This document shows, in pieces, positions 53,307 through 64,000 of a DNA stretch of 64,000 nt (its first letter is position 1; each line of letters opens with the position of its first letter). Under the pieces are notes generated by a model. It worked only from the letters and a program-made list of their open reading frames with translations, did not search any database and was not told where the DNA came from. Source of the DNA: Paraspadella gotoi (lineage: Eukaryota; Animalia; Chaetognatha); the NCBI GenBank assembly GCA_051294375.1, contig CM119271.1:8790692-8854691 (forward strand). Direction: 5' to 3'. The position numbers were made by a program, and so were the translations under genes.

Positions 53307-54689
53307 NNNNNNNNNNNNNNNNNNNNNNNNNNNNNNNNNNNNNNNNNNNNNNNNNNNNNNNNNNNNNNNNNNNNNNNNNNNNNNNNNNNNNNNNNNNNNN
53401 NNNNNNNNNNNNNNNNNNNNNNNNNNNNNNNNNNNNNNNNNNNNNNNNNNNNNNNNNNNNNNNNNNNNNNNNNNNNNNNNNNNNNNNNNNNNNNNNNNNN
53501 NNNNNNNNNNNNNNNNNNNNNNNNNNNNNNNNNNNNNNNNNNNNNNNNNNNNNNNNNNNNNNNNNNNNNNNNNNNNNNNNNNNNNNNNNNNNNGCGGCTG
53601 CCGCCGCGCTGTGGTGCAGGTTCAAGGACGGGTGAGGATAGCCGGCGGCGGAAGCGGCGGAGGCGGCGACGGAGGCGGCGGTGGCGGCGTAGGCGGAGTC
53701 GCATTGGGTGCAGCCGCCGGGGTGAGGGCAGGGAGGATGGTGAGGCGCGCCGTGGGCGGAAGCAGCTGGAGTAGAAGAGAGAGAGAAATAAGAGGGTAAG
53801 TTTCAGTTGAAAATTTGGATTTTGATGAAATTGAAAATTTAGAAGTATTTCTTAGAAATGATGACTCACCGGATTTGAGATAGCTTGGATGCCCCAGTAG
53901 CCCGCCGTGCATCGCCATGGCGGCTTGAAACGCCGGAGAACTCGGATCGAACATCGGACCGTAGGGATAGAGGCTGGAATATCCGGCCGCCTGGGCGCTG
54001 GCCAGCCCGGCGAGGGCACTGGCCCCGGGCGGCTTGGGCGACGCGGGACCGCCCTTTTCGGCTTCCGTCAGCTTTGAGGAAGTCGTCGACGGAACGCTCG
54101 AGGATTGCGGATAGGAGGAGGAAGAGGAAGAGGAGGAAATGGCGCCGGACGACGACGAGGATCCCCCGGCGTCGCTCGAATCGCTCGTCGGGGAACTCTC
54201 GGCGGCGCCGGTCGGCGAGGCCTTTTCCTTAGCGCCGGAAGATGCGCCGGAAGCGGATCTCGGCGTCCGGAAAGAGGCCGTCAACGCCGTCGCCACTTCG
54301 TCCTTCTTTTCGGCGTCGTCCGACTTGGGCGTGCCGTATGGGCGGAAAGGAGGCGGCGCCGATCCGTGATTGGGAGACGACGCCGGAGAGGTTGACGCCG
54401 CGCGCGAGGATTTGGCGTCGCCGTCGCGGGACGCCACGCGGAGGACGGCGTCGCGCCGAGAGGATGGGGATCCGCGGTCCGGCGTCGATTTGCCGCCGGA
54501 GGAGGAAGAGGAGGAGGAGGCGCCTTCCTTTTTGTCGGAGGCGTTGGAACCTGGGGTTGGGAAAGAGAGGGGAGGGTAAGTTTGATAATGTTTATCGTTT
54601 GTTATTATTTGAAATTTATGGACTAATTAGACAAATTTCATCTTTCTTAATTTTCTGTTATCTCTTTCTAACTCTCACTAACTATGACA

Positions 54690-54734
<45 letters not shown>

Positions 54735-55228
54735 AGATAAGCTTTCAAAAATGTATCCATCATCGGAAATTCTTCTCATTTCCTCTTCGATTCTTTCACC
54801 GATTCCTTCCAACTCAGATATTCAACTGAAACTCAACTCATCTTTCGCCACCCGTTCGATCACCACCNNNNNNNNNNNNNNNNNNNNNNNNNNNNNNNNN
54901 NNNNNNNNNNNNNNNNNNNNNNNNNNNNNNNNNNNNNNNNNNNNNNNNNNNNNNNNNNNNNNNNNNNNNNNNNNNNNNNNNNNNNNNNNNNNNNNNNNNN
55001 NNNNNNNNNNNNNNNNNNNNNNNNNNNNNNNNNNNNNNNNNNNNNNNNNNNNNNNNNNNNNNNNNNNNNNNNNNNNNNNNNNNNNNNNNNNNNNNNNNNC
55101 TTACCCGAAGCGGAGGGCACGTCCTTCTTCTCCAAAGGCGGGATGATGGGCTTCGATCCCGACTCTGGTTTTCCGATCGACGAACAAGTTTGCGCCAACA
55201 GAGCGAGCGGCGACTTTTTCGCGTCCAA
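52830..55228 (-). CDS. noc: NET-family zinc finger transcriptional repressor (Noc/Elbow; ZNF503/ZNF703-like), 5'-incomplete; join complement(55105..55228, 53870..54550, 52830..53765 with an internal N gap)
   Basis: Manual splicing gives LDAKKSPLALLAQTCSSIGKP (Sp motif), FRPY (Groucho-binding FKPY-type motif), CPHPGGCTQCD, GKRFATSEELLQHLRTHT (C-terminal part of the NET C2H2 finger), RYHPY and the Tyr-rich end GPYYSPYANLYGPRL before TGA at 52832-52830. The visible splice sites are GT-AG and intron phases match. Confidence 0.96.
53594..53765 (-). CDS. noc: NET zinc finger exon segment before the gap (AASAHGAPHHPPCPHPGGCTQCDSAY...LNLHHSAAAA)
   Basis: Acceptor CTCTCTTCTACTCCAG ends at 53766; the phase-1 join yields a CPxxGCTQC motif like that of protostome Noc/Elbow. 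The frame runs into the N gap 53307-53593. Confidence 0.88.
53870..54550 (-). CDS. noc: NET zinc finger internal exon (Ser/Ala/Pro-rich, FRPY motif)
   Basis: Acceptor CTCTTTCCCAACCCCAG ends at 54551 and donor GTGAGT lies at 53869-53864. The 681 nt are open, phase 1 at both ends, in frame with ORF 53622..54437, and sharply more GC-rich than the flanking introns. Confidence 0.92.
55105..55228 (-). CDS. noc: NET zinc finger exon encoding the Sp motif (LDAKKSPLALLAQTCSSIGKPESGSKPIIPPLEKKDVPSAS)
   Basis: Acceptor TTTTTTTCCAG ends at 55229 (phase 0) and donor GTAAG lies at 55104-55100 (phase 1); 124 nt. The ORF track's 'M' here is a TTG Leu directly after the acceptor. Confidence 0.95.
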
Positions 55229-55375
55229 CTGGAAAAAAACAAAAGGACCATAATTTTATTAAATGTTATATTTGTGTTATATATCTTTCATTTATTTTTA
55301 TCTATTTTTTTCTGTCCCAAAAGCGCAGTGGATTTTCCGCCGTAAGAGGCGCGACCACTCTCCTCTGTACAACAA

Positions 55376-55410
<35 letters not shown>

Positions 55411-55855
55411 NNNNNNNNNNNNNNNNNNNNNNNNNNNNNNNNNNNNNNNNNNNNNNNNNNNNNNNNNNNNNNNNNNNNNNNNNNNNNNNNNNNNNNNNNN
55501 NNNNNNNNNNNNNNNNNNNNNNNNNNNNNNNNNNNNNNNNNNNNNNNNNNNNNNNNNNNNNNNNNNNNNNNNNNNNNNNNNNNNNNNNNNNNNNNNNNNN
55601 NNNNNNNNNNNNNNNNNNNNNNNNNNNAGAGAGAGAGAGATAATTGAAGGGTGTGAAGGGACGACGACGGGGATTAACCGTCCCGAAAAGCCCTCCGCTG
55701 CCGATAATGAAACGAAAAGAAAAAAAGGGAAAAGAAAGTGAAAGGGAAAAAAAAGGAAAGAAAAAAAAAGGATGGAATGGAAAAGAAGCGGCCTTTTCTC
55801 TTTTTTCCTTTTATATAGCTATACTCTTGACGTGAGCCGCGTAGTAAAAAAAAAG

Positions 55856-55886
<31 letters not shown>

Positions 55887-56145
55887 GCTCGAAGCCGTTT
55901 AACGTTTATAATCCCGTCTATTATTTTTTCGCTTCCCCTTTAATTTTCATCGCTTGCGGGTTGGAGAGAGGGAGAGAGGGAGAGAGGGAGAGAGGNNNNN
56001 NNNNNNNNNNNNNNNNNNNNNNNNNNNNNNNNNNNNNNNNNNNNNNNNNNNNNNNNNNNNNNNNNNNNNNNNNNNNNNNNNNNNNNNNNNNNNNNNNNNN
56101 NNNNNNNNNNNNNNNNNNNNNNNNNNNNNNNNNNNNNNNNNNNNN

Positions 56146-56190
56146 GGGCGTGGCTAGATTAACGATAAAAACCAAACATGGCGTCGCCAG
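56146..56190 (+). promoter_or_regulatory. Candidate regulatory element: GC/KLF box GGGCGTGGC and YY1-like AAACATGGCG
   Basis: Motif matches at 56146-56154 and 56174-56183, about 0.9 kb upstream of the Sp-motif exon. Motif evidence only. Confidence 0.3.
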
Positions 56191-57470
56191 TGACAAAAGG
56201 TTCACAGAGTTCTTTATAAAAAATGTTTGGTCTTATTTCTTTCAGACTTTTCAGCCTTTTCCCCCACCCTTCCTTCGACCTCTCCGAACTCCCGAGGGTC
56301 AGACCCTCATCCCCATTTTTAAATTGGGTCCGGAGTGGAGGTTCTTAGAAAGAAAATCTCTTTTTCTCCTCGAGGATCGAACTTTTTTTTTTTGTTCTTT
56401 TGTTGAGAAAAAAAAAGGCGGCGACGAAACAAGTGTTTAAACCAGAAATAATTACTTCCAATCTCGAAAGGCAGGGAAATTCGGAAGGGTAACTATCAAC
56501 TCCCGAAGGGGAAAGTTTTTTTCGAATTGGTTGAGAAAAAGTCGTATGGCTGTGCCTTCGTGGACCAAGGAGTCAATTAACTTGGATTAGAAATTCGTCT
56601 TTACCAAGTTTTTTAATAACTAGAAAACAAACCTTCTACGCCGGTTCTAAATATGCCACCAACTCGGTCGTGTTTTTTTTTTTTCACGTTCTGGATTAGA
56701 TTGACTTTGAAGCGAAGGCTAAACCGCTTATTAAGTCTCATATCCCGTCTTAGAAATCGAAAATCTGACACGTTAAGCTTCTCGTCTCTGTCGGATTCTT
56801 TAAATCCGCCGACGGCGGTGGAGTAAAGAGAGAATTATCTTTAAATATGAAAGGGGCAGGGGGGGGGTGGGCGGCTTTTTTCTTTTTTTCAAAAAAAGCC
56901 GAAGCGGATTTTGAAATATTTTCTCTTTCTATTCGCGATGTATCATATTTTATGAAATTGGTAGTGCGTATTTACAAATTAACCATTCGTACAATATTTA
57001 AGCTAATTCGCCTTCTGAAGATGGACAGGTTATGGTGGCTTAAGATTTCCATTTCTTTTACAAGATAATCATAACATAACGAGACAGTTTCTGATTCCAT
57101 ACGACGTTTTTCCACTCTCTTCCTCTCTATCTTTCTCCCGTCGCGTGATGGAGAGCGAGTCATTTTCGACCCACCCCACCCCCCCCCTGAGTCTTTTTCT
57201 CGATTCTCAGGGAAAAAAAATTGAAAAAAATAGCGGAAGAGATACGATTGATGGAAACGGATGGAATCTGTGATGGATGGCATCGACTGAACCTGAAATT
57301 TGATGGCATCGAGGAATAAATCTTTCATCGGAAACGTCGACTCTTTAAATGGAAAACGACGAGTGGTGCCCTCGCGAAGTCAAGAGGCGCGACCGGGGGA
57401 TCTCCACGGTGGCAGTGTATTTTTTTTCGTTTGTTCTCTCTCCCGAACCGAGAAAATCGACGTCGTCGCT

Positions 57471-57501
<31 letters not shown>

Positions 57502-59199
57502 ACGAGACTTCCAACGACGCCCAAGGCGAGAGGCCGAGTTCAAACGGTTTTTCCACACACACACACACACTCTCTCCTCTCTCGCTCGCTCTCTCTCTAT
57601 TCGGTCTTCCGCCTTCATTTCATTCAAACGAGCGATCCAAGAGTACTTTCTCCCTCCGATGAACTTCTACTGAAAAAAAAAGAGGAAAAAAAAATAAAAC
57701 GAATAAAAATTACCTGCTTTTTTTTCTCTCACTCTCACCGTCTCTCTCTCTCTCTCTCTCTTTTCACGTTTCCGACTGCCTCCTTTGGATTGAACCAAAC
57801 GAGAAAAATACGACGGCTATAGTCTTCCAAGAAATAAATTTATAAACATCCATCAAATGAACAAGAAAAACAAAAAAAAGTTACAATTGTTTTAAACATA
57901 AAAAAAATGTGATGGAGTGGATATATACAACGCAAAACCAAGATCGTTAACCCTCGCCTTTGGATTTAAAAAAAAAATAAATAATAGTAAAAGAAAAAAA
58001 TAAATATATCCATCGAAAAAAAACCCCGACGAACGTTCGCGACGAATCGAAACTTACCACCGGATGTTAACGGCCAAGTTTTGACTCTTTCGCTTGGGAT
58101 CGTCGGTCTCTAACTTACCTCGCCCCTCTCTTACGACGACCTTACCCTTCGTCAACATGCATAGGATACTCAACTTCGGGATATTGAGGTGAGTCACTCT
58201 TTCGGGAATGTTGGTAAGGACTCGAAGATTGAGTCGAGGACGAGGAGATTTTAAGGTAAGGGTTTTCCAAAAAAATTTGGCGTTTGAAGTTAATTGTTGT
58301 GAGTTAAAAAAAAAGATAAATTTGGTAGACACATATGACACGATCTGACCAAAAAAAAACAAAAAAATAACACAAAACAAATTATTGTTAAAAAGTACAA
58401 AATCATTACACTAAATTATTGACAATATTTAATAAAGCGCAAATATTTTAAACTATTGTTAAAAAAAAAAGTCTAGAAATCTAACTTCTCTTCGAAAAAA
58501 ACTAAGAAAGCCCATTGCCACAGAAAAAATATAATATAAGCGTTTATAATATAATAATAATTAATAATATCGAAATAATTCAATATAATAAAATTTGAAA
58601 AAAACAAACATTTCCATACTGCCAGAAAATTAAAAGTTCGCATTCCGCGATACTTTAAAGATACAGCATGAGTCACGGTCGAAATGCCGTCGAGATATCT
58701 CGAAATATTTTCGTCACCGACGTAATTTTCCGTCAAGGCATCGAATCACATCGCGTCAGTTTAGGATAAACACGATTAAATCTTCTCGTCAAAGGAGCGA
58801 CGGGTCTGGCCGACAGGTCTGCCGACAGGTTCGACACCTTGTTATGAGAGGGATAGAGGCAGGGTGAGGGGTGGGGGAGAAAGAGAGGGAATAGAGAAGA
58901 GAGAGAGAGGAGAGAAAAAAAGATCTGTCTCATATGCTTTTTTTTTTCCTTGAGCCTTTTTTTTTGGGAACCGGAGAATTCGCATCGGTTTTGAGAAAGA
59001 GAGACAGAGAGAGAGAGACAGAGAGAGAAAACAGTCCGGCCGGCACGCAAAAGAGAGAAAAACGGGCGCTAAGTGTCCGGATTTAGAAAGAAGAGAGAAG
59101 AGACAGAGAGCTTGTCGAGCAAAATGAAGAAAGCAAAACAAGAGATAACGAATCCGACCGCTGCGGTCTTCGTAAATCCTGAGATGCAGATTCTTTCAA

Positions 59200-59486
59200 T
59201 ACAATTGAAACATTTCTTGAAATATTTTCCACTTCATTGCATAGGGAAGCAGTACTCTGGGAGTGAATAAAACGAGACTGTGAGAGAGTCTTGATTGAAA
59301 GCTATGCGGGACTCGCTATTGTCATTATCTTGTAAGGAGGTGATGGAGGCCTTAAACCACCAAGCCTGTCCAAAGTCAGGGGCAAGATAGTCTTATTATA
59401 AATGAATGGACGAGCGCAAACGTCCATGCGGAAGGCACCAACGCGTACAGACGAGGATGATAATTTTTATATTCGGTGTACAATTT
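59200..59486 (+). repeat. Family A repeat, near-full copy with an internal insertion (~59410-59455)
   Basis: GTACTCTGGGAGTGAATAAAACGAGACTGTGAGAGAGTCTTGATTGAAAGC...CCTTAAACCACCAAGCCTGTCCAAAGTCAGGGGCAAGATAG. Confidence 0.85.
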
Positions 59487-59796
59487 CATAGTCAGAAAGT
59501 ATATTTTCTCATCCTTAACTTTGCTCTCTCTTTAACTATGCCCTGGAGGAGCAGTTATTTGCTCCCCAGGGTTACCCCAGGGGCCGAACTTTTTTGGCCC
59601 CAGCCGGGGCTAAGCATTAGGGGCCTAATAGACCCAAAATGTTGGCCCCAGGGAACCCCCCTGGGCGGGCCCCCTGAGGCATTCCAGAGGGGCGCCCCTC
59701 ACATGACCATTTCTGCTCCCGCGAATAGTCTGCCCCCTGGACGCCCCGCCCCTAGAGCCCGCCCGCGGCGGAAGGATTGGGAGATGACATATCTTG
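59487..59796 (+). mobile_element. Right-end fragment of the same TIR transposon family
   Basis: Colinear with 37357-37691 and ends in GGATTGGGAGATGACATATCTTG, whose reverse complement CAAGATATGTCATC matches the left TIR at 35349. Confidence 0.85.
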
Positions 59797-61114
59797 TGAC
59801 CTAAAGAGTCAAACCCCCCATTAACTTGATTTTAGAAATTCGTCTTTACCAAGTTTTTAATAACTAGAATACAAACCTTCTACGGCCGGTTCTAAATATG
59901 CCACCAACTCGGTCGTGTTTTTTTTTCACGTTCTGCGATAGATTGACTTTGAAGCAAAGACTAAAACCGCTTATTTAAGTCTCATATCCGTTCTTAGAAA
60001 TCGAAATCTTACACTTTAAGCTATTCTCACGTCTCTGTTCGGATTCTTTAAATTTCGGCCGACGGCGGTGGAGTAAAGAGCAGAATTATCTTTAAATATG
60101 AAAGGTGGCAGGGGGGGTGGCGCGGCTTTTTTTCTTTTTTTTCAAAAAAAAGCCGTAGCGGAATTTTGAAATATTTTCTCTTTCTATTTCGCGAATGTAT
60201 CATATTTTTATGAAATTGGTAGTGCGTATTTACAAAAATTAACCATTTCGTACAATATAAAAAAAGTTAGGCTAATTCGCCTTCTGGAAGATGGACAGGT
60301 TATGGTGGCTTAAGATCTCCATTTCTTTTACAAGCATAACATAACATAACGAGACAGTTTCTGATTCCATACGTTTTTCCACTCTCTTCCTCTCTATCTT
60401 TCTCCCGTTCGCGTGATGGAGAGCGAGTCATTTTCGCCACCCCCCCCGAGTTCTTTTTTTTTCTCGCATTCTCAGGTGAAAAAAAAAATTTGAAAAAAAT
60501 AGCGGAAGAGGATACGGCATTGATTGCGAAACGGCATGGGAATCTGTGATGGATGGCATCGACTGAACCTGAAAATTTGATTGGCCATCGAGGAATAAAT
60601 CTTCATCGGATTTCTTTAAATGGATAAGAACGCGGGACGAGATGGGTGCCCGTCCGCGAAGTCAAGAGGCGCGACCGGGGAATCTCCACGGAGTGGGCAG
60701 ATGTCTGCTGTCATCGTGAGACTCGTCGTTCATACTTCTGCTCGGTCTAGCTCTCTACTCGTCATCTCTCTGCGGTCTGCATCTCTTCTCGAGGTACTGA
60801 CTCGTCTCTCTCTCNNNNNNNNNNNNNNNNNNNNNNNNNTCTCTCTCTCTCTCTCATCTCAGGATTTACGAAGACGCAGCCGTCGATCGTATCTCTTGTT
60901 TTGCTTTCTTCAGATTTGCTCGACAAGCTCTCTGTCTCTCTCTCTCTCTTTCTAATCCGGCTTAGCGCCCGTTTTCTCTCTTTTGCGTGCCGCCGGACTG
61001 TTTTCTCTCTCTGTCTCTCTCTCTCTGTCTCTCTTTCTCAAAATCCGATGCGATTCTCCGGTTCCCAAAAAAAAAGGCTCAAGGAAAAAAAAAGCATATG
61101 AGAAAATCTTTTTT

Positions 61115-61145
<31 letters not shown>

Positions 61146-62554
61146 ATTCCCTCTCCCTTTCTCCCCCACCCCTCACCCTGCCTCTATCCCTCTCATAACA
61201 AGGTGTCGGAACCTGTCGGGCAGACCTGTCGGCCAGACCCGTCGCTCCCTTTGACGAGGGATTTAATCGTGTTTATCCTAAACTGACGCGATGTTGATTC
61301 GATGCCTTTGACGGAAAATTACGTCGGTGACGAAAATTATTTCGAGATATCTCGACGGCATTTTCGACCGTGACTCATGCTGTATCTTAAAGCATCGCGG
61401 AATGCGAACTTTTAATTTCTGGCAGTATGGCACACACTGCTCTCTTTCTGTCTCTCGTCTCCACTTCCTTCACTACTCATTCCCGAATATTTGTATTTTA
61501 TTATCTATTATTATTAAACGCTTATATTATTTTTTTTTCTGTGCAATGGGCTTTCTTAGTTTTTTCGAAGAGAAGTTAGATTTCTCAGACTTTTTTTTTT
61601 AAACAATAGTTTAAATATTTGCGCTTTATTAAATATTGTCAATAATTTAGTGTAAATGATGTTGTACTTTGTACAATAATTTGTTTTGTGTTTTTTTTGT
61701 TTTTTTTGTCAGATGTGTCAAATGTGTCTACAAAATTTATCCTTTTTTTTAACTCACAACAATTAACTTCAAAACGCCAAATTTTTTTGGAAAACCCTTA
61801 CCATCTAAAATCTCCTCGGTCCTCGACTCAATCTCGAGTCCTTACCAACATTCCCGAAAAGAGTGACTCACCTCAATATCCCCGAAGTTGAGTATCCTAT
61901 GCATGTTGACGAAGGGTAAGGTCGTCGTAGGAGAGGGGCGAGGTAAGTTAGAGACCGACGATCCCAAGCGAAAGAGTCAAAACTTGGCCGTTAACATCCG
62001 GTGGGTAAGTTTCGATTCGTTGCGAACGTTCGTCGGGGTTTTTTTTTTGAAGGATATTAATTTATTTTTTTCTTTTTACTATTATTTTATTTTTTTAAAT
62101 CCAAAGGCGAGGGATTAACGATCTTGGTTTTGCGTTGTATATATCCACTCCATCACATTTTTTTTATGTTTAAACAATTGTAACTTTTTTTTGTTTTTCT
62201 TCGTTCATTTGATGGATGTTTATAAATTTATTTCTTGGAAGACTATAGCCGTCGTATTTTTCTCGTTTGGTTCAATCCAAAGGAGCAGTCGGGAAAGCGT
62301 GAGAGAGAGAGAGACGGAGAGAGTGAGAGAAAAAAAAGCAGGTAATTTTTATTCGTTTTATTTTTTTTTCCTCTTTTTTTTTTCAGTAGAAGTTCATCGG
62401 AGGGAGAAAGTAACTCTTGGATCGCTCGTTGAATGAAATGAAGGCGGAAGACCGAATAGAGAGAGAGCGAGCGAGAGAGAGAGAGTGTGTGTGTGTGTGT
62501 GGAAAAACCGTTTGAACTCGGCGCTCTGCCTTTGGGCGTCGTTGGAAGTCTCGT

Positions 62555-62585
<31 letters not shown>

Positions 62586-63529
62586 AGCGACGACGTCGAT
62601 TTTCTCGGTTCGGGAGAGAGAACAACGAAAAAAAAATAATCTCTCTGGCGAAAACGAGTGAGAGACAGAGACGGAGGCGAGAGAGAGAGAGAGAGATTCG
62701 GACGTGGATATATAGAGAGCGAGAAGAAGTCTCTCTCTCTCGTACGTCGAGCTAAACGCATGGGAGTCTACGGGAGAAGGAAGAGCGGGGTCGGGGAAGA
62801 AGAGAAACGAGACGCGTTATCGAGGGAGAGGGGAAGAGGAGGAGCGAGAGGGCGACCTCGTCGTCGTCTTTCAACTGTCGTCGCTTTCTTCTCGTTGTCC
62901 CGTTGTGGTGTGGGAGGGAGGAAGAGGAAGAGGAAATTGGGGGGGGAATGTGGGGGAGAAAAAGGGGGAAGGGAGGGTCGGGTAGAGGAAGGAAAGCTAA
63001 ACAATAGTAATAATAAACAGCAGTAAACATATTAGAGAATGTATGGGGATTTTGTTTCGGGGTTACGTTTATAGAATAAAATTGAAAAGGTTTTTGACTA
63101 GGGAATAAGAGAAGAAGTAAGAAGAAAGGGAAGGAGAAAAAGGAAAGAAAAAGAGGTAATAGGCATTTAATGAGCTAGAAGGGGAGATACGAGATAGTAA
63201 CAGGAAAAAGGGAGGAAAGGAACGAAGCTAGAAAGAAAAGAAAAAAGGGAGGTATGAAAGAAATGCAAAGAAGGTAGGAAAGAACGAGAAAGGAAGCCCG
63301 AGATAGCAGCACAAAAAGGAAAGAAAAAAAGGGAGATATGGAAAGAAGACATTTAGGAAACTAGAAGGGAAGGAGGAAGAAAGGAAAGATAAAAATGTAA
63401 AATAAAAAGAGGGAATAAAGGAAGGAAGGAAGGAAGGAAGGAAAGTATAAAAGAATGAAAGTAAACGGGAGAATGGAATAATAATAAATTGGGAGGAAGG
63501 GACGACAGAGAGAAGAAAAGGGGAAAAAG

Positions 63530-63935
63530 GAAATCAAAGAAAGAAATAAGTTAAGATGGTCACTAAACGAGACGGCTAAAAAAAAAAAGCCTGAGTGAAA
63601 AGAATAACGAATAAAAGAAAGGCGAAAACAAGATAAAGGTTGAACGAGTCCTTTTTCGAACGCAGCGGAAAAAAAAGGTGAGAGCTCTTGCCGGCCGCGG
63701 TGTGGTCAAAGGAATTCGGCCGNNNNNNNNNNGAAAAAAAGAAATCAAAGAAAGAAATAAGTTAAGATGGTAACCAAACGAGACGGCTAAAGAAAAAAAA
63801 CCGGAGTGAAAAGAATAACGTAAAGAAGAAAGGCGAAAACAAGGTAAAGGTTGAACGAGTCCTTTTTCGAACGCAGCGGAAAAAAAAAGGTGAGAGCTCT
63901 AGCCGGCCGCGGTGTGGTCAAAGGAATTCGGCCGC
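63530..63935 (+). repeat. ~190-bp direct duplication across a 10-N gap (unmerged contig overlap or alleles)
   Basis: AAATCAAAGAAAGAAATAAGTTAAGATGG...GTGGTCAAAGGAATTCGGCCG occurs on both sides of the gap 63723-63732. Confidence 0.85.
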
Positions 63936-64000
63936 CTTGTAATTACAGGACGGCGACTTTAAAAAAACCGACAATGTCAGATGGGATTTTACGATGCGAA

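Larger units (their letters stand above)
56561..62640. repeat. Direct duplication 56561-57410 / 59797-60690 and inverted duplication 57418-59185 / 60855-62640
   Basis: TAGAAATTCGTCTTTACCAAG occurs in both direct copies; 60855-62640 is the reverse complement of 57418-59185, starting beside the 25-N gap 60815-60839. Confidence 0.9.

Noticed and set aside
53622-53869. C-terminal part of ORF 53622..54437 (ESSFLRN...PPPPPAILTRP)
   Set aside because: It is read-through of a 104-nt intron followed by the wrong frame; splicing at 53869/53766 restores the conserved Cys motif.
53231-54829. Plus-strand ORFs overlapping the NET gene
   Set aside because: They are antisense shadows of GC-rich coding exons and contain no recognisable motifs.
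59240-59275. LPEYCFP on the minus strand as the missing PEYL-containing first exon
   Set aside because: It lies inside the family A interspersed repeat and lacks the YLxPLP consensus.
57418-62640. 1.8-kb inverted repeat as a foldback element or long hairpin RNA locus
   Set aside because: One arm begins at a 25-N gap, the arms differ mainly by indel noise, and there is no TSD; it follows the same pattern as the other assembly artefacts.

Overview
This is animal (bilaterian invertebrate, possibly spiralian) genomic DNA from a gappy draft scaffold. It is rich in microsatellites and patched with error-prone, long-read-like sequence. One protein-coding gene is well supported: a spliced minus-strand NET-family (Noc/Elbow/TLP-1; vertebrate ZNF503/ZNF703) C2H2 zinc-finger repressor at about 52830-55228, whose first coding exon is not visible. 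The roughly 50 kb downstream of it has no recognisable intact gene. That region holds a ~2.3 kb non-autonomous TIR DNA transposon with an 8-bp TSD, for which both filled and empty alleles are present; a second apparent polymorphic insertion of the same family lies upstream of the first visible noc exon. There is also a ~250-bp interspersed repeat family and a minimal type-I hammerhead ribozyme of the Penelope-like-element kind (26546-26586, minus strand). Much of the window consists of noisy direct and inverted re-copies of neighbouring sequence beside exact 25-N gaps, which are best read as gap-filling or haplotype artefacts. Almost all ORFs in the supplied track are microsatellite or N-gap artefacts. 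I found no convincing novel multi-gene system.
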